A DNA stretch of 53,691 bases from a virus (lineage: Duplodnaviria; Caudoviricetes). Position 1 is the stretch's first letter. Each line of letters begins with the position of its first letter. The DNA lies in IMG/VR virus record IMGVR_UViG_3300030430_003901, positions 1 to 53,691 of that record; one strand, 5' to 3'. The notes under the pieces were generated by a model, which saw only the letters and a program-made list of their open reading frames with translations, had not been told where the DNA came from and made no database searches. This document shows, one piece after another, positions 29,950 to 40,703 of the stretch. Position numbers and translations under genes: made by a program.

Positions 29950-32220
29950 ATGGCTAAAATATCTACCTATGTAATTGATTCCACACCTCAACTTACTGAT
30001 AAAGTTATTGGTACGGATGTTAACGATAATAATATAACTAAGAACTATACCATAGGTGATATCATTAGTTTAGTTCCATCGATTCCAAGTGTTGTTACAG
30101 ATTTATTTATTCCTATATCTAATGGAGTTGATTATGTAGATTCAGTAATAACACAAGATTCCACAACCGTGCCAACTACAATAAATGTTGGTGGATTGAT
30201 TGGAATTACAGGTACAGGCGAGTCAGTATTTGTTGGTAAAGGTGCAGGAGTTTTATCAGATAAAACAGTTCCTCAATTCAATATTGGTATTGGAGACGGT
30301 GCTTTAGAATCATTTACTTCAGGAATAAACCCTGTTAGTGGTGGTGCTGAACCCGGTGCAAATGTTGCTTTGGGTGTAGGAGCTTTGGCAAAATCAATAC
30401 AATCAACAAATAACATTGCTATTGGTGTTGATTCACTAAAAGAAAATATAGAAGGTTTTAATAATGTTGCTATATCTAAAAACGCATTAGGCTCATCAGT
30501 CAATGCAGCCACCCAAGGAATTACAAATAATCAAGGGAGCATAGGGATAGGTTTTTCTGCAGGTAATCCAAATACAGGTTCAGAACTACCGGTTGGTCAT
30601 ATCAATGATACAATTGTAGGTCATCAAGCGATGGCAGATGTGTTTTATCTTACTAATAATGCACCAAAACAAAATGCCGTATTAGGTATGAGAGCTTTCC
30701 GAAATGTAGGTGTAAGCGGTTATGGTTCTACTCTTGAAGGAAATGTAGTAATTGGAGCCTCTGCAGGATTAGGAATAAAAGCAGGTGTTCAGTCAGCAAA
30801 TCCCGGGCAAGGAGACCAACAAAACCTTACAGCAACAAACAATGTCTTTATTGGTAAGAATGCAGGTAACAATGTTCGAAGCACAACTATTGCAAACAAT
30901 ATAATATTAGGTGCAACAGGTAATGTTGCAAAATATATATCAAGAGGAAATGTTATTGTTGAAACAGGTGGAGCAGGAAACCAACTAGGAAACTCTTCAA
31001 CAGGTCGTGCAGTAGATGATAACTTTATTGTAGGTAGTAGAACTGCCGCATACACCGATAAAAATATTTGTATTAACCCAAACAGATATAGTGTAAACCA
31101 AGCACAACCAAATCAGTTTGGAACACCGAACATAGCAAATGCTAATGGGCTCAATGCTGTTATTAATAATATTATTCTTGGAGATAAGGTTAGTAAAATA
31201 ACAAATCAGTATTCAAACAACAAGTTGTTCTTTGAAGACCCACAAGGTCTCGCAGTATCTGTGGGTAACATACAGGGTGCTTTTATTGTTAACTCAACAC
31301 AGACTTCTATGCTATCAAATAATGATGCAACCATGGAAGGCAATGTTGTTATTAATGGTGATAGCAACTCTTTTACAAGTAATCTAACTTCGACAGATTT
31401 TAACCACAACAGAAATAATTATGTTCTCGGTAGTTCAAATGTACAATTGGTAGATTCAGGGCGTAACTTTATTTTTGCGTCTGAATTTCCAAATCCAACT
31501 CAGTTACAGTTTAAAAACCAAAACTTTATGTTTGGTGTTGTTAACTATAACGGAGCTCAAGCACTATCCGGTAACCTTGGTAGTTATAACTTTTTATTCA
31601 ATACTGACAGTCTTACTCTTACAGGAAGCAATAATATTGTATATGGAGTTGGTGCATTAGCGATTGGGGGTGACAAAAATACATCATTCAACTCAACCGG
31701 AGATGTTGACGGTGAAGGTAATGTTCTTTTAGGCGGTTCTAATCACACAGTTATAGGGAATGTTAATGTTCTTGCGGGTACTAATTTAATTACAGCTAGT
31801 GGCTCACAAAGAACTTTAAATATAGGTTTTGGAAATGAAGTAGGTTTAGGTTCATCTGCCAACAATAGTGTGGCGATAGGGAACAATGGAAGAATTAATG
31901 ATGGAGCCAATACTGCTGTTTTTGGTAGCAACCTAAATGCAGACGGAGGAAATATTACCGTTGTAGGACAAAACAATGACGACTCTGTAAATGCTACTCA
32001 AGGCAAATCATCGTTTCAAGTTGGTATAGGTTCAGGAACAGGAAACAGAGGTAATGCTATAAATGTAGTAAGGGCGGCAAATCCTTTGAAGGGTGTTATA
32101 TACATGGACCAATTGGTCAATCAAAACTACGCAAATGATGTAGACGCAGCAGCAGCAGGAATCGGACTAGGAGGATTATATCATACTAACGGAGTAGTAA
32201 AAATAAATATTACACCGTAA
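29950..32220 (+). CDS. Tail fibre/spike with beta-roll (YadA-like N.AIG..A) repeats
   Basis: Gly/Asn-rich repeats NVALGVGAL, NIAIGVDSL, NVFIGKNAG; C-terminal YAND..AAAAG...GGLYHT.G.VKI. Confidence 0.75.
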   Translation: MAKISTYVIDSTPQLTDKVIGTDVNDNNITKNYTIGDIISLVPSIPSVVTDLFIPISNGVDYVDSVITQDSTTVPTTINVGGLIGITGTGESVFVGKGAGVLSDKTVPQFNIGIGDGALESFTSGINPVSGGAEPGANVALGVGALAKSIQSTNNIAIGVDSLKENIEGFNNVAISKNALGSSVNAATQGITNNQGSIGIGFSAGNPNTGSELPVGHINDTIVGHQAMADVFYLTNNAPKQNAVLGMRAFRNVGVSGYGSTLEGNVVIGASAGLGIKAGVQSANPGQGDQQNLTATNNVFIGKNAGNNVRSTTIANNIILGATGNVAKYISRGNVIVETGGAGNQLGNSSTGRAVDDNFIVGSRTAAYTDKNICINPNRYSVNQAQPNQFGTPNIANANGLNAVINNIILGDKVSKITNQYSNNKLFFEDPQGLAVSVGNIQGAFIVNSTQTSMLSNNDATMEGNVVINGDSNSFTSNLTSTDFNHNRNNYVLGSSNVQLVDSGRNFIFASEFPNPTQLQFKNQNFMFGVVNYNGAQALSGNLGSYNFLFNTDSLTLTGSNNIVYGVGALAIGGDKNTSFNSTGDVDGEGNVLLGGSNHTVIGNVNVLAGTNLITASGSQRTLNIGFGNEVGLGSSANNSVAIGNNGRINDGANTAVFGSNLNADGGNITVVGQNNDDSVNATQGKSSFQVGIGSGTGNRGNAINVVRAANPLKGVIYMDQLVNQNYANDVDAAAAGIGLGGLYHTNGVVKINITP

Positions 32221-32236
32221 TTTAATTTTAAATTAA

Positions 32237-32467
32237 ATGGACATTCGAAAAATCTCAGTAGGTCCTGATTACAAATCAGGAGGTATGCACTATATAGTTG
32301 GGCAGTCTGTTCTAAACGGTGGCTACGAGATTCATTTAATTAAATACAACCAAGAAGAAGACGCATATCAGATTTTTATATTAGACACAAGCGAAGGTGA
32401 AGTTTTGTTGTGGAAGCAATTTAATTCTACTATGCCCGTTACTCTTGAGTTTAATATAAATTTTTAA
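32237..32467 (+). CDS. Conserved hypothetical protein
   Basis: IRKISVGPDYK..MHY.VGQ; first gene of the packaging block. Confidence 0.7.
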   Translation: MDIRKISVGPDYKSGGMHYIVGQSVLNGGYEIHLIKYNQEEDAYQIFILDTSEGEVLLWKQFNSTMPVTLEFNINF

Positions 32468-33042
32468 TGAAATCACCCACACAATTTCTTGTCAAGCCCA
32501 AAGGCAATCAAAGATATAGCAACACAAAACAATACGAGGGATTAAACTTAATTCTTGATACTTCTGAAGAGTCTGCATCTTTTTCTAATAGAGAAGCAAT
32601 TGTTGTTGAGACGCCAATAATGTATGACGGTCCTGTTGAAAAGGGTGATATACTTTTGGTTCATCACAATGTCTTTAAGTTTTATAATGATATGTATGGC
32701 AAAAGACAAAGCGGTAAGAGTTATTTCAAAGACAACACTTTTTTTGTGGATGAAACTCAATATTATATGTTTTATAAAAATAATGAGTGGAACGCTGTTG
32801 ACCCTTTTTGTTTTGTTTCGCCTTTACCTGCAATTGAAACTTATATATATAAACCATTTTCAAATGAACCATTGATGGGTGTGATGGAATATCCTGCAGA
32901 ATCTATAAAAAAACACGGGATAAAAAAAGGAGATATTGTTACCTTTATGCCCGACTCAGAATATGAATTTAAATTTAACAATAATAAATTGTATAGAATC
33001 AGAACTAACAACATAGTGGCATATGAACCTCAAAGAAACTAA
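32467..33042 (+). CDS. Tandem GroES-like-fold protein
   Basis: Two GroES-like halves: FLVKP...AIVVETP...VEKGDILLV and FVSPL...GVMEY...IKKGDIVTF...LYRI. Confidence 0.5.
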   Translation: MKSPTQFLVKPKGNQRYSNTKQYEGLNLILDTSEESASFSNREAIVVETPIMYDGPVEKGDILLVHHNVFKFYNDMYGKRQSGKSYFKDNTFFVDETQYYMFYKNNEWNAVDPFCFVSPLPAIETYIYKPFSNEPLMGVMEYPAESIKKHGIKKGDIVTFMPDSEYEFKFNNNKLYRIRTNNIVAYEPQRN

Positions 33043-33295
33043 GCTTAAAATAATAAATGCAGGATACAGGGCTGTAGAGCAACTTATAAAAGTTGCAAAG
33101 GAAGATATAATCAAACCCGACCCCGATGATGAGTTGGCTGCAGATAGGTTGAAAAACGCTGCTGCCACAAAAAAATTATGTATCATGGATGCATTTGAAA
33201 TATTAAATAAGATAGAAGCAGAAAAAGAAGCTTTAGAAATTGTAAACGAACCTTCTAATTCTAAGCAAGGTTTTGCAGAAAGAAACTCTAAATGA
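33023..33295 (+). CDS. Probable terminase small subunit
   Basis: Small helical protein coupled (ATGA) to TerL; positional call. Confidence 0.45.
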   Translation: MNLKETKLKIINAGYRAVEQLIKVAKEDIIKPDPDDELAADRLKNAAATKKLCIMDAFEILNKIEAEKEALEIVNEPSNSKQGFAERNSK

Positions 33296-35514
33296 TAAAA
33301 GAATTAAAAAATTATATACCAAAATCAGTTCTTGTAAACAAAAACAGGGCTAGAACATGGTTGTATGGATATAATTTAAAATATGATTTGGTTATCATTT
33401 CAAAGACAGGTCAGATAGAAAGGGTGATAGAAATATCAAATGTCCGAATCGGATTACCAAAAGCTCCAAAAGAAATACACAAAAGACATGAAAAAAAGTA
33501 TGAGCAGTATTGGGAAAGAAGGGAGACCCCAAAACAATTAGACAAAATTCGTTCTATATTTCAATGGAATGAAATGCCAAGAGATTTCAAAAATCGTTGG
33601 GTTGATTATATAGAAAAAGAATTTGTATATCGTGATGAAGGTTATTGGTTCTACAATAATGGAAAGCCAACATACATAACAGGTTCTCATTATATGTATT
33701 TGCAATGGACAAAGATTGATGTGGGATATCCTGATTTTAGAGAAGCCAATCGGGCTTTGTATTTATTTTGGGAGGCGTGTAAGGCAGACTCAAGAAGTTA
33801 TGGAATGATATATTTAAAAATCAGAAGGTCAGGCTTTTCATATATGAGTTCTTCAGAGTGTGTTAACAAAGCTACAATATCAAAAGATTCAAGAATAGGT
33901 ATACTTTCCAAAACAGGAGCAGATGCAAAAAAAATGTTTACTGATAAAGTAGTTCCTATATCAAACAGTCTTCCGTTCTTTTTCAAACCTATTCAAGACG
34001 GAATGGACAAACCCAAATCTGAACTAGCATATAGAGTTCCTGCTTCAAAAATTACCAAGAAAAATATGCACGAGGTTTTTGAGGATGATTTAGAAGGTTT
34101 GGATACCACGATTGATTGGAAAAATACTGACGACAACTCTTATGACGGAGAAAAACTTTTACTGCTTGTACATGATGAAAGTGGTAAATGGATAAAACCC
34201 AACAACATTCTAAACAATTGGGGTGTTACAAAAACCTGTTTAAGATTGGGTAGCAAAATTATAGGTAAGTGTATGATGGGCTCTACTTCTAATTCATTAG
34301 AAAAAGGCGGGGATAATTTTAAAAAGCTTTTTGAAAGTTCAAATGTTTTAAATAGAAACGCTAATGGTCAAACCAAAAGTGGATTGTATTCTTTATTCAT
34401 ACCAATGGAATGGAACATGGAGGGTTTTATAGATATACACGGACAGCCTGTATTAGAAAAACCAAAAGCAGAAATACAAGGAGTTGATGGTGACTATATA
34501 TATACAGGGAGTATTGATTATTGGAAGGCTGAAGTAGATTCACTTAAGAATGATGCAGATGCATTGAATGAATTTTACAGGCAGTTCCCTAGGACTGAAG
34601 CTCATGCTTTTAGAGATGAAAGCAAGTCATCTATATTTAATCTAAGCAAAATATATCAGCAGATTGATTTTAATGATTCAGTTATTAGAGAGCATAATAT
34701 TACACAGGGTAAATTTATTTGGCAAGACGGTATCAAAGACACAAAGGTGATTTGGGTCCCTACAAAAAAAGGAAGGTTTTATGTATCTTGGTTACCGGCT
34801 GTACATATTCAAAATAATTTTAGTGAACGAAACGGACTCAAATATCCGGGGAACGAACACCTAGGTGTATTTGGTTGCGACTCTTATGATATTAGTGGAG
34901 TTGTAGGTGGGGGAGGTTCTAACGGTGCTTTGCACGGTTTGACTAAATTTTCAATGGACGATGCTCCAAGTAATGAATTTTTTTTAGAATACATTGCGAG
35001 ACCTCAAACTGCAGAGTTGTTTTTTGAAGATGTATTAATGGCTTGTGTTTTTTACGGTATGCCAATCCTCATAGAAAACAATAAACCAAGGTTATTATAT
35101 CATTTTAAAAATAGAGGATATAGGAAGTTTTGTTTAAACAGACCGGACAAACATTCAACAAAACTTTCAAGGTCCGAAAAAGAATTAGGCGGTATACCAA
35201 ATACAAGTGAGGAGGTAAAACAAGCTCATGCCGCAGCAATCGAATCTTATATAGAAAAATATATAGGATTGGATACAGAAGAAGTGTTTAGACCTAGTGA
35301 TGAAATGGGAACGATGCCTTTTAATCGTACTCTTTTAGATTGGGCTAAATTTGATATTAACAACAGAACCCGTTACGATGCTACGATAAGCTCAGGTTTA
35401 GCTCTTATGGCTAATCAAAAACATCTTTATACTCCTGTAAAAAAAGAGTCAAAAATAAAGATTAACTTTGCAAGGTATACAAACACGGGAATAAAAAGCG
35501 AATTAATTAGATGA
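33292..35514 (+). CDS. terL: Terminase large subunit
   Basis: LKIRRSGFSY (Walker A variant), LLVHDESGKW (Walker B), MGST, FGCDSYD (RNase H-like), IENNK, YDATI. Confidence 0.9.
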   Translation: MIKELKNYIPKSVLVNKNRARTWLYGYNLKYDLVIISKTGQIERVIEISNVRIGLPKAPKEIHKRHEKKYEQYWERRETPKQLDKIRSIFQWNEMPRDFKNRWVDYIEKEFVYRDEGYWFYNNGKPTYITGSHYMYLQWTKIDVGYPDFREANRALYLFWEACKADSRSYGMIYLKIRRSGFSYMSSSECVNKATISKDSRIGILSKTGADAKKMFTDKVVPISNSLPFFFKPIQDGMDKPKSELAYRVPASKITKKNMHEVFEDDLEGLDTTIDWKNTDDNSYDGEKLLLLVHDESGKWIKPNNILNNWGVTKTCLRLGSKIIGKCMMGSTSNSLEKGGDNFKKLFESSNVLNRNANGQTKSGLYSLFIPMEWNMEGFIDIHGQPVLEKPKAEIQGVDGDYIYTGSIDYWKAEVDSLKNDADALNEFYRQFPRTEAHAFRDESKSSIFNLSKIYQQIDFNDSVIREHNITQGKFIWQDGIKDTKVIWVPTKKGRFYVSWLPAVHIQNNFSERNGLKYPGNEHLGVFGCDSYDISGVVGGGGSNGALHGLTKFSMDDAPSNEFFLEYIARPQTAELFFEDVLMACVFYGMPILIENNKPRLLYHFKNRGYRKFCLNRPDKHSTKLSRSEKELGGIPNTSEEVKQAHAAAIESYIEKYIGLDTEEVFRPSDEMGTMPFNRTLLDWAKFDINNRTRYDATISSGLALMANQKHLYTPVKKESKIKINFARYTNTGIKSELIR

Positions 35515-37946
35515 AGGATGTAAAAATAGACATTAAGTCCGCAGCTTTTCCTGACCAATTTGTTTCAGACGCAGAAAAGGCTACAGACGAATATGGATTA
35601 AAAATAGGACAGGCTATACAATACGAATGGTTTCGTAGGGATGGAATGAGCTGTAGGTTTTACGACCAATTTAGACAGTTTCATAGATTACGATTATATG
35701 CAAGGGGAGAACAATCAATTAGAAAATACAAAGATGAATTAGCTATTGATGGTGATTTATCTTATCTAAATTTAGATTGGACACCTGTTCCTGTAATACC
35801 AAAGTTTGTGGATATAGTAGTAAATGGAATGTCTGATAGACTGTTTAAGGTTAGTGCTTATGCACAGGACGCTATGTCACAAGCTAAAAGAAGTAAATAT
35901 CAAGACATGGTAGAAGCCCAAATGGTTTCTAAAGAATTTTTGACCAAGATAAAAGAACAATCTTCTCTTGACCCATTTACTGTTTCACCGGAGGAACTAC
36001 CCAATAGCGATGAAGAGTTGTCTCTTTTTATGCAACTTAATTACAAACCATCTATAGAGATTGCTGAAGAGGAAGCTATAAACACAATATTTGAAGAAAA
36101 CCATTATATAGATTTAAGAAAAAGACTTGACTATGATTTAACCGTACTAGGTATAAGTGTTGCAAAGCATGAGTTTTTACCGGGTTCGGGGGTAAAGGTA
36201 AGTTATGTAGACCCTGCCAATATAGTATATAGTTACACAGAAGACCCTCACTTTAAAGATTGTTTCTATTGGGGAGAAATTAAAACACTACCAATGACAG
36301 AGCTTTTGAAGATAGACCCAAGCTTAACAAACGAGCAACTAGAGGAGATTAGTAAATACAGTCAAAATTGGTATGATTATTATAATGTCGCACAGTATTA
36401 CGAAAACGATATGTTTTATAGAGATACCTGCACCTTATTGTATTTTAATTATAAATCTACAAACAAGATTGTATATAAGAAAAAAATAATGGAAACCGGA
36501 GGGAGCAAGGTTATTGAGAAGGATGACCAATTTAATCCACCGGAAACCGTAATGGAAGAGGGAAGGTTTGAAAAAATAGAAAAAACTATTGATGTTTGGT
36601 ATGATGGAGTTATGGTTATGGGGACAAATATTCTTTTGAAATGGGAGTTATCTCATAACATGGTAAGACCAAAATCTGCAAGTCAACACGCCATACCTAA
36701 TTATGTGGCTGTAGCACCTCGAATGTATAAGGGTGTTGTAGAATCTCTTGTAAGAAGAATGATACCTTTTGCAGATTTAATTCAAATAACTCACTTGAAA
36801 CTTCAGCAAGTTATTGCTCGAGTAGTTCCTGATGGAGTATTCATAGATGCGGATGGATTGAATGAGGTAGACTTAGGAACAGGCAACGCTTATAATCCTG
36901 AAGATGCATTGCGTTTGTATTTTCAAACAGGTAGTGTAATCGGTAGAAGTTATACTCAAGATGGTGATTTTAACCAAGCAAGAGTACCTATCAAAGAGAT
37001 TAACTCCAACTCAGGTGCAAGTAAAACACAAATGCTTATTGCAAATTATAATCACTATCTAAATATGATTAGAACAGTCACAGGCTTAAATGAAGCTAGA
37101 GATGGTAGTACACCTGACCCTAATTCTTTGGTTGGCTTACAAAAACTTGCAGCCTTAAATTCAAATGTGGCAACAAGACATATTCTTGATGGAGCCCTTT
37201 ATATATATAGAACATTAGCAGAAGCTTTGACTTATAGGGTTGCTGATATATTAGAGTATTCAGATTTTAAAGATGACTTTGTAAACAAAATAGGTAAATT
37301 CAATGTTAGTATTCTAAATGATATACAAGACTTATATATATATGATTTTGGAATCTTTATAGATGTAGCTCCTGATGAAGAGCAAAAAGCAAAACTTGAA
37401 GCTAATATACAAATGGCTTTATCAAAGAATGATATTAATTTAGAAGATGCAATTGACATTAGAGAGCTTAAAAATATAAAACTTGCTAATCAACTTTTAA
37501 AACTTAAAAGAAAACAAAAGCAAGAAAAGGAAAATGAAAGGGAAATGCAAAAGCAGCAGCAACAAGCTCAGATTAATATGCAGTCTCAGCAGATGGCAGC
37601 ACAAGCGGCAATGCAAAAAATGCAACTTGAAGGTCAACAAAAGATGCAAATTAAACAAGCAGAGATTGCTTTTGAAATTGAAAAGATGAAAAATGAAGCT
37701 CAGTTGAAATCTCAATTGATGGCGGAAGAGTTCCAATATAATCAACAGCTTAGAAATATTTCAGAAACTGCCTTACAGCAAAGAGAAACACAAAGAGAAA
37801 AAGCTAAGAGTCAAAGAATATCACAACAAAACTCAGAACAATCTCAACTTATAAATCAGAGAAAAAATAATCTTCCTGCTCAAAGGTTTGAGTCGAATGA
37901 AGATAGTTTAGATGGTTTTGACTTAGCTGAATTTGACCCTAGATAG
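35511..37946 (+). CDS. Portal protein
   Basis: Follows TerL; about 800 aa with Gln-rich C-terminal coiled barrel, as in podovirus/crAss-like portals. Confidence 0.85.
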   Translation: MKDVKIDIKSAAFPDQFVSDAEKATDEYGLKIGQAIQYEWFRRDGMSCRFYDQFRQFHRLRLYARGEQSIRKYKDELAIDGDLSYLNLDWTPVPVIPKFVDIVVNGMSDRLFKVSAYAQDAMSQAKRSKYQDMVEAQMVSKEFLTKIKEQSSLDPFTVSPEELPNSDEELSLFMQLNYKPSIEIAEEEAINTIFEENHYIDLRKRLDYDLTVLGISVAKHEFLPGSGVKVSYVDPANIVYSYTEDPHFKDCFYWGEIKTLPMTELLKIDPSLTNEQLEEISKYSQNWYDYYNVAQYYENDMFYRDTCTLLYFNYKSTNKIVYKKKIMETGGSKVIEKDDQFNPPETVMEEGRFEKIEKTIDVWYDGVMVMGTNILLKWELSHNMVRPKSASQHAIPNYVAVAPRMYKGVVESLVRRMIPFADLIQITHLKLQQVIARVVPDGVFIDADGLNEVDLGTGNAYNPEDALRLYFQTGSVIGRSYTQDGDFNQARVPIKEINSNSGASKTQMLIANYNHYLNMIRTVTGLNEARDGSTPDPNSLVGLQKLAALNSNVATRHILDGALYIYRTLAEALTYRVADILEYSDFKDDFVNKIGKFNVSILNDIQDLYIYDFGIFIDVAPDEEQKAKLEANIQMALSKNDINLEDAIDIRELKNIKLANQLLKLKRKQKQEKENEREMQKQQQQAQINMQSQQMAAQAAMQKMQLEGQQKMQIKQAEIAFEIEKMKNEAQLKSQLMAEEFQYNQQLRNISETALQQRETQREKAKSQRISQQNSEQSQLINQRKNNLPAQRFESNEDSLDGFDLAEFDPR

Positions 37947-37997
37947 CTGAAAAAAATTCATAAAAATATTTATTAACTTTGTTTAAAATTTAATTCA

Positions 37998-39143
37998 ATG
38001 GATATAAAAGTAAAAGACATTGGGGTAAAGGAAGAAAAGTCTTTGTCCCAAAAAGAAGAAGAAGTAATTAATAATGCTTCAGAAAATGTTAAAGAAACAA
38101 GTGCTCCCGTGGAGCAAGTGGATACAAGCAATGAGAGTGCCACCCCCACACAAGAGCAAGAAAGTGTACAGCCGGAAAGCGAAGCACAAGAAAATATAAC
38201 TCAGTCCTCAGAGTTAAAAGAGGAAGATGTTCTTAAATATATTAAGAATACTTATAACAAAGATGTCAGTTCAGTAAATGATTTGTTTACTGAAAAAGAG
38301 AAGCCACAGGAGTTACCTGAAGATGTTTCAGCATTTTTGGAATACAGAAAAAAGACAGGTCGTGGATTTGAAGACTATGTTAAATTAAACAGAAACTTCA
38401 AAGACATGGATGAAACGCAGCTTCTGCGAGAATATTACCAAGCAACTGAAGAGGATTTAGATGCTGAAGATATTCAATACATGATGGAAGACTTTGCTTA
38501 TGATAGCGAAGTTGATGAAGAGAATGTAATTAAAAAGAAGAAGTTAGCGTTTAAAAAAGAGATTGGTAAAGCTCGTAAGTTTTTTGAAGAGCAAAAGGAG
38601 ATGTACAAAGAGCCACTTGAGTCAAGTACGGCATCTATCTCTAAAGAGCAAGAAGAACAACTTGCAGCTTATGACCAATATGTTAAGGATGCTCAAACCT
38701 ATGAAGAAGAAATAAAGAGAAGACGAGATTGGTTTCTAAAAGAAACTGACAAGGTTTTCGACACAGAGTTCAAAGGTTTTGACTTTAAAGTTGGAGAAGA
38801 CAAAGTAATAACTTTTCTACCTTCTAAAGATGTTGAGGGAATTAAAAAGGTAAACTCAGGAGCCAATGCATTAGCAGAGGTTTATTTAGATAGTGAAACC
38901 GGATTAATTAAAGATGCATCAGGATACCATAGGGCAATATCCGTAGCACGAAATCCTGAAAGGTTTGCTAAGTTCTTTTATGAGCAAGGCAAAGCTGACG
39001 CAACAGAGGATGTGACTAAGAAAATTAAAAATGTCAATATGACAACACGGTCAGCTCCTCAAGTTGTAAAGAAGGATGGAATGACAATTAGAGCACTCAA
39101 TCCAAGTGAGGGTAGGGGGCTCAAAATTAGAAGTAAAAAGTAA
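37998..39143 (+). CDS. Capsid scaffolding protein
   Basis: Very acidic, helical, between portal and capsid, with a basic C-terminus. Confidence 0.7.
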   Translation: MDIKVKDIGVKEEKSLSQKEEEVINNASENVKETSAPVEQVDTSNESATPTQEQESVQPESEAQENITQSSELKEEDVLKYIKNTYNKDVSSVNDLFTEKEKPQELPEDVSAFLEYRKKTGRGFEDYVKLNRNFKDMDETQLLREYYQATEEDLDAEDIQYMMEDFAYDSEVDEENVIKKKKLAFKKEIGKARKFFEEQKEMYKEPLESSTASISKEQEEQLAAYDQYVKDAQTYEEEIKRRRDWFLKETDKVFDTEFKGFDFKVGEDKVITFLPSKDVEGIKKVNSGANALAEVYLDSETGLIKDASGYHRAISVARNPERFAKFFYEQGKADATEDVTKKIKNVNMTTRSAPQVVKKDGMTIRALNPSEGRGLKIRSKK

Positions 39144-39169
39144 ATTATTAATTTTTAAAATATAAAAAA

Positions 39170-40633
39170 ATGGCAGGAAATTTTGCAGCAAGTCCAACAT
39201 TCTCGTTGCAGCCATCGGCTCAACAAGTTCCGTTGTCGACTAATTATATTACCAACTTTGATTTCTTGAATCAGTATCTTCCTGATACATATGAAAAAGA
39301 ATTTGAAAGGTATGGTAACAGAACACTTTCATCATTTATTAAAATGGTGGGTGCAGAAATGCCTTCTAACTCTGACCTTATTAAATGGGCAGAACAAGGA
39401 AGGTTACATATCAAATATGAAAATGTAACATCAGGAGCAGCAGCAGGTCAAAATACCGCTACATTAACGGTAAATGACTCAGCTATTGGAGCTAACCCTG
39501 TTGGTACTGTAATTACAGGTGAAAACCCATACTCAGCACAAGGCGGTATCGCTGTGAGAATAGGTCAAACAGTTGTAATCTCAGACAATGCAGGTGGTGG
39601 TGAAAATAAAGCAGTTGTAACTGATGTAGATTTAGCAAACAGTACATTCGATGTAGCATACTATGAAGCAGCAGGTCAAATTGCAGCTCAAGGTGCGGCT
39701 ACTACTGTTTTCATTTACGGTTCAGAATTTGAAAAAGGAACAGCAGGAATGCAAGGTTCATTACAATCCGATGACTACATCTTCGAAAACAACCCAATCA
39801 TCCTAAAGGACACTTACTTAGTAAATGGTTCTGACATGGCTCAAATTGGTTGGATTGAAATTTCAACAGAAGACGGTGGTTCAGGATATTTATGGTATTT
39901 AAAGTCTGAGCACGAAACAAGGCTAAGATTTGATGATTACCTAGAAACATCTATGATTGAAGCAGTACCGGCTGAGGCTAACTCAGGTGCAGCAGGAGCA
40001 GGTCTGATTGGTTCAGAAGGTGTATTCCACGCAGTTGGCACAAGAGGTAACTTATGGACAGGAGGTAATCCTGATGCATTAGCAGACTTCGATGCGGTCA
40101 TTGATAGATTAGATAAGCAAGGTGCAATAGAGGAAAATGTAATTTTCTTAAACAGACAATTCGGTTTCGATATTGACGATATGTTAGCAGCTCAAAACTC
40201 ATATGGAGCAGGTGGTACATCTTATGGACTATTTGACAACGATGAGGAAATGGCGTTAAATTTAGGTTTCACAGGATTCCGTAGAGGTTATGACTTCTAC
40301 AAGTCTGATTGGAAATACCTAAATGACCCAACAATGAGAGGCGGTTTATCAAGTGTCCCTGCAGTTGTGGGTTCAGGTGCAATCACAGGTTTATTAGTAC
40401 CGGCAGGTTCTACAAGTGTTTATGACCAAGTTCTTGGTAAAAATGCTAAGAGACCTTACCTTCATGTAAGATATCGAGCTTCAGAAACTGAAGACAGAAG
40501 ATATAAGACATGGATTACAGGGTCTGCAGGTGGAGCAGCTACTACAGACATTGATGAAATGAAGGTTAACTTCTTATCAGAAAGATGTGTTTGTGTAATG
40601 GGTGCGAACAACTTTGTATTATTTGAAGAATAA
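39170..40633 (+). CDS. Major capsid protein
   Basis: Position and size, followed by a strong terminator. Confidence 0.85.
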   Translation: MAGNFAASPTFSLQPSAQQVPLSTNYITNFDFLNQYLPDTYEKEFERYGNRTLSSFIKMVGAEMPSNSDLIKWAEQGRLHIKYENVTSGAAAGQNTATLTVNDSAIGANPVGTVITGENPYSAQGGIAVRIGQTVVISDNAGGGENKAVVTDVDLANSTFDVAYYEAAGQIAAQGAATTVFIYGSEFEKGTAGMQGSLQSDDYIFENNPIILKDTYLVNGSDMAQIGWIEISTEDGGSGYLWYLKSEHETRLRFDDYLETSMIEAVPAEANSGAAGAGLIGSEGVFHAVGTRGNLWTGGNPDALADFDAVIDRLDKQGAIEENVIFLNRQFGFDIDDMLAAQNSYGAGGTSYGLFDNDEEMALNLGFTGFRRGYDFYKSDWKYLNDPTMRGGLSSVPAVVGSGAITGLLVPAGSTSVYDQVLGKNAKRPYLHVRYRASETEDRRYKTWITGSAGGAATTDIDEMKVNFLSERCVCVMGANNFVLFEE

Positions 40634-40647
40634 TACATACTCTAAAT

Positions 40648-40681
40648 GATACGGGAGCCTTCGGGCTCCCTTATCTTTTTT
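40648..40681 (+). terminator. Intrinsic terminator after MCP
   Basis: GGGAGCC-TTCG-GGCTCCC-TTATCTTTTTT. Confidence 0.85.
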
Positions 40682-40703
40682 AATAAAATTTAAATTTAAT
40701 ATA

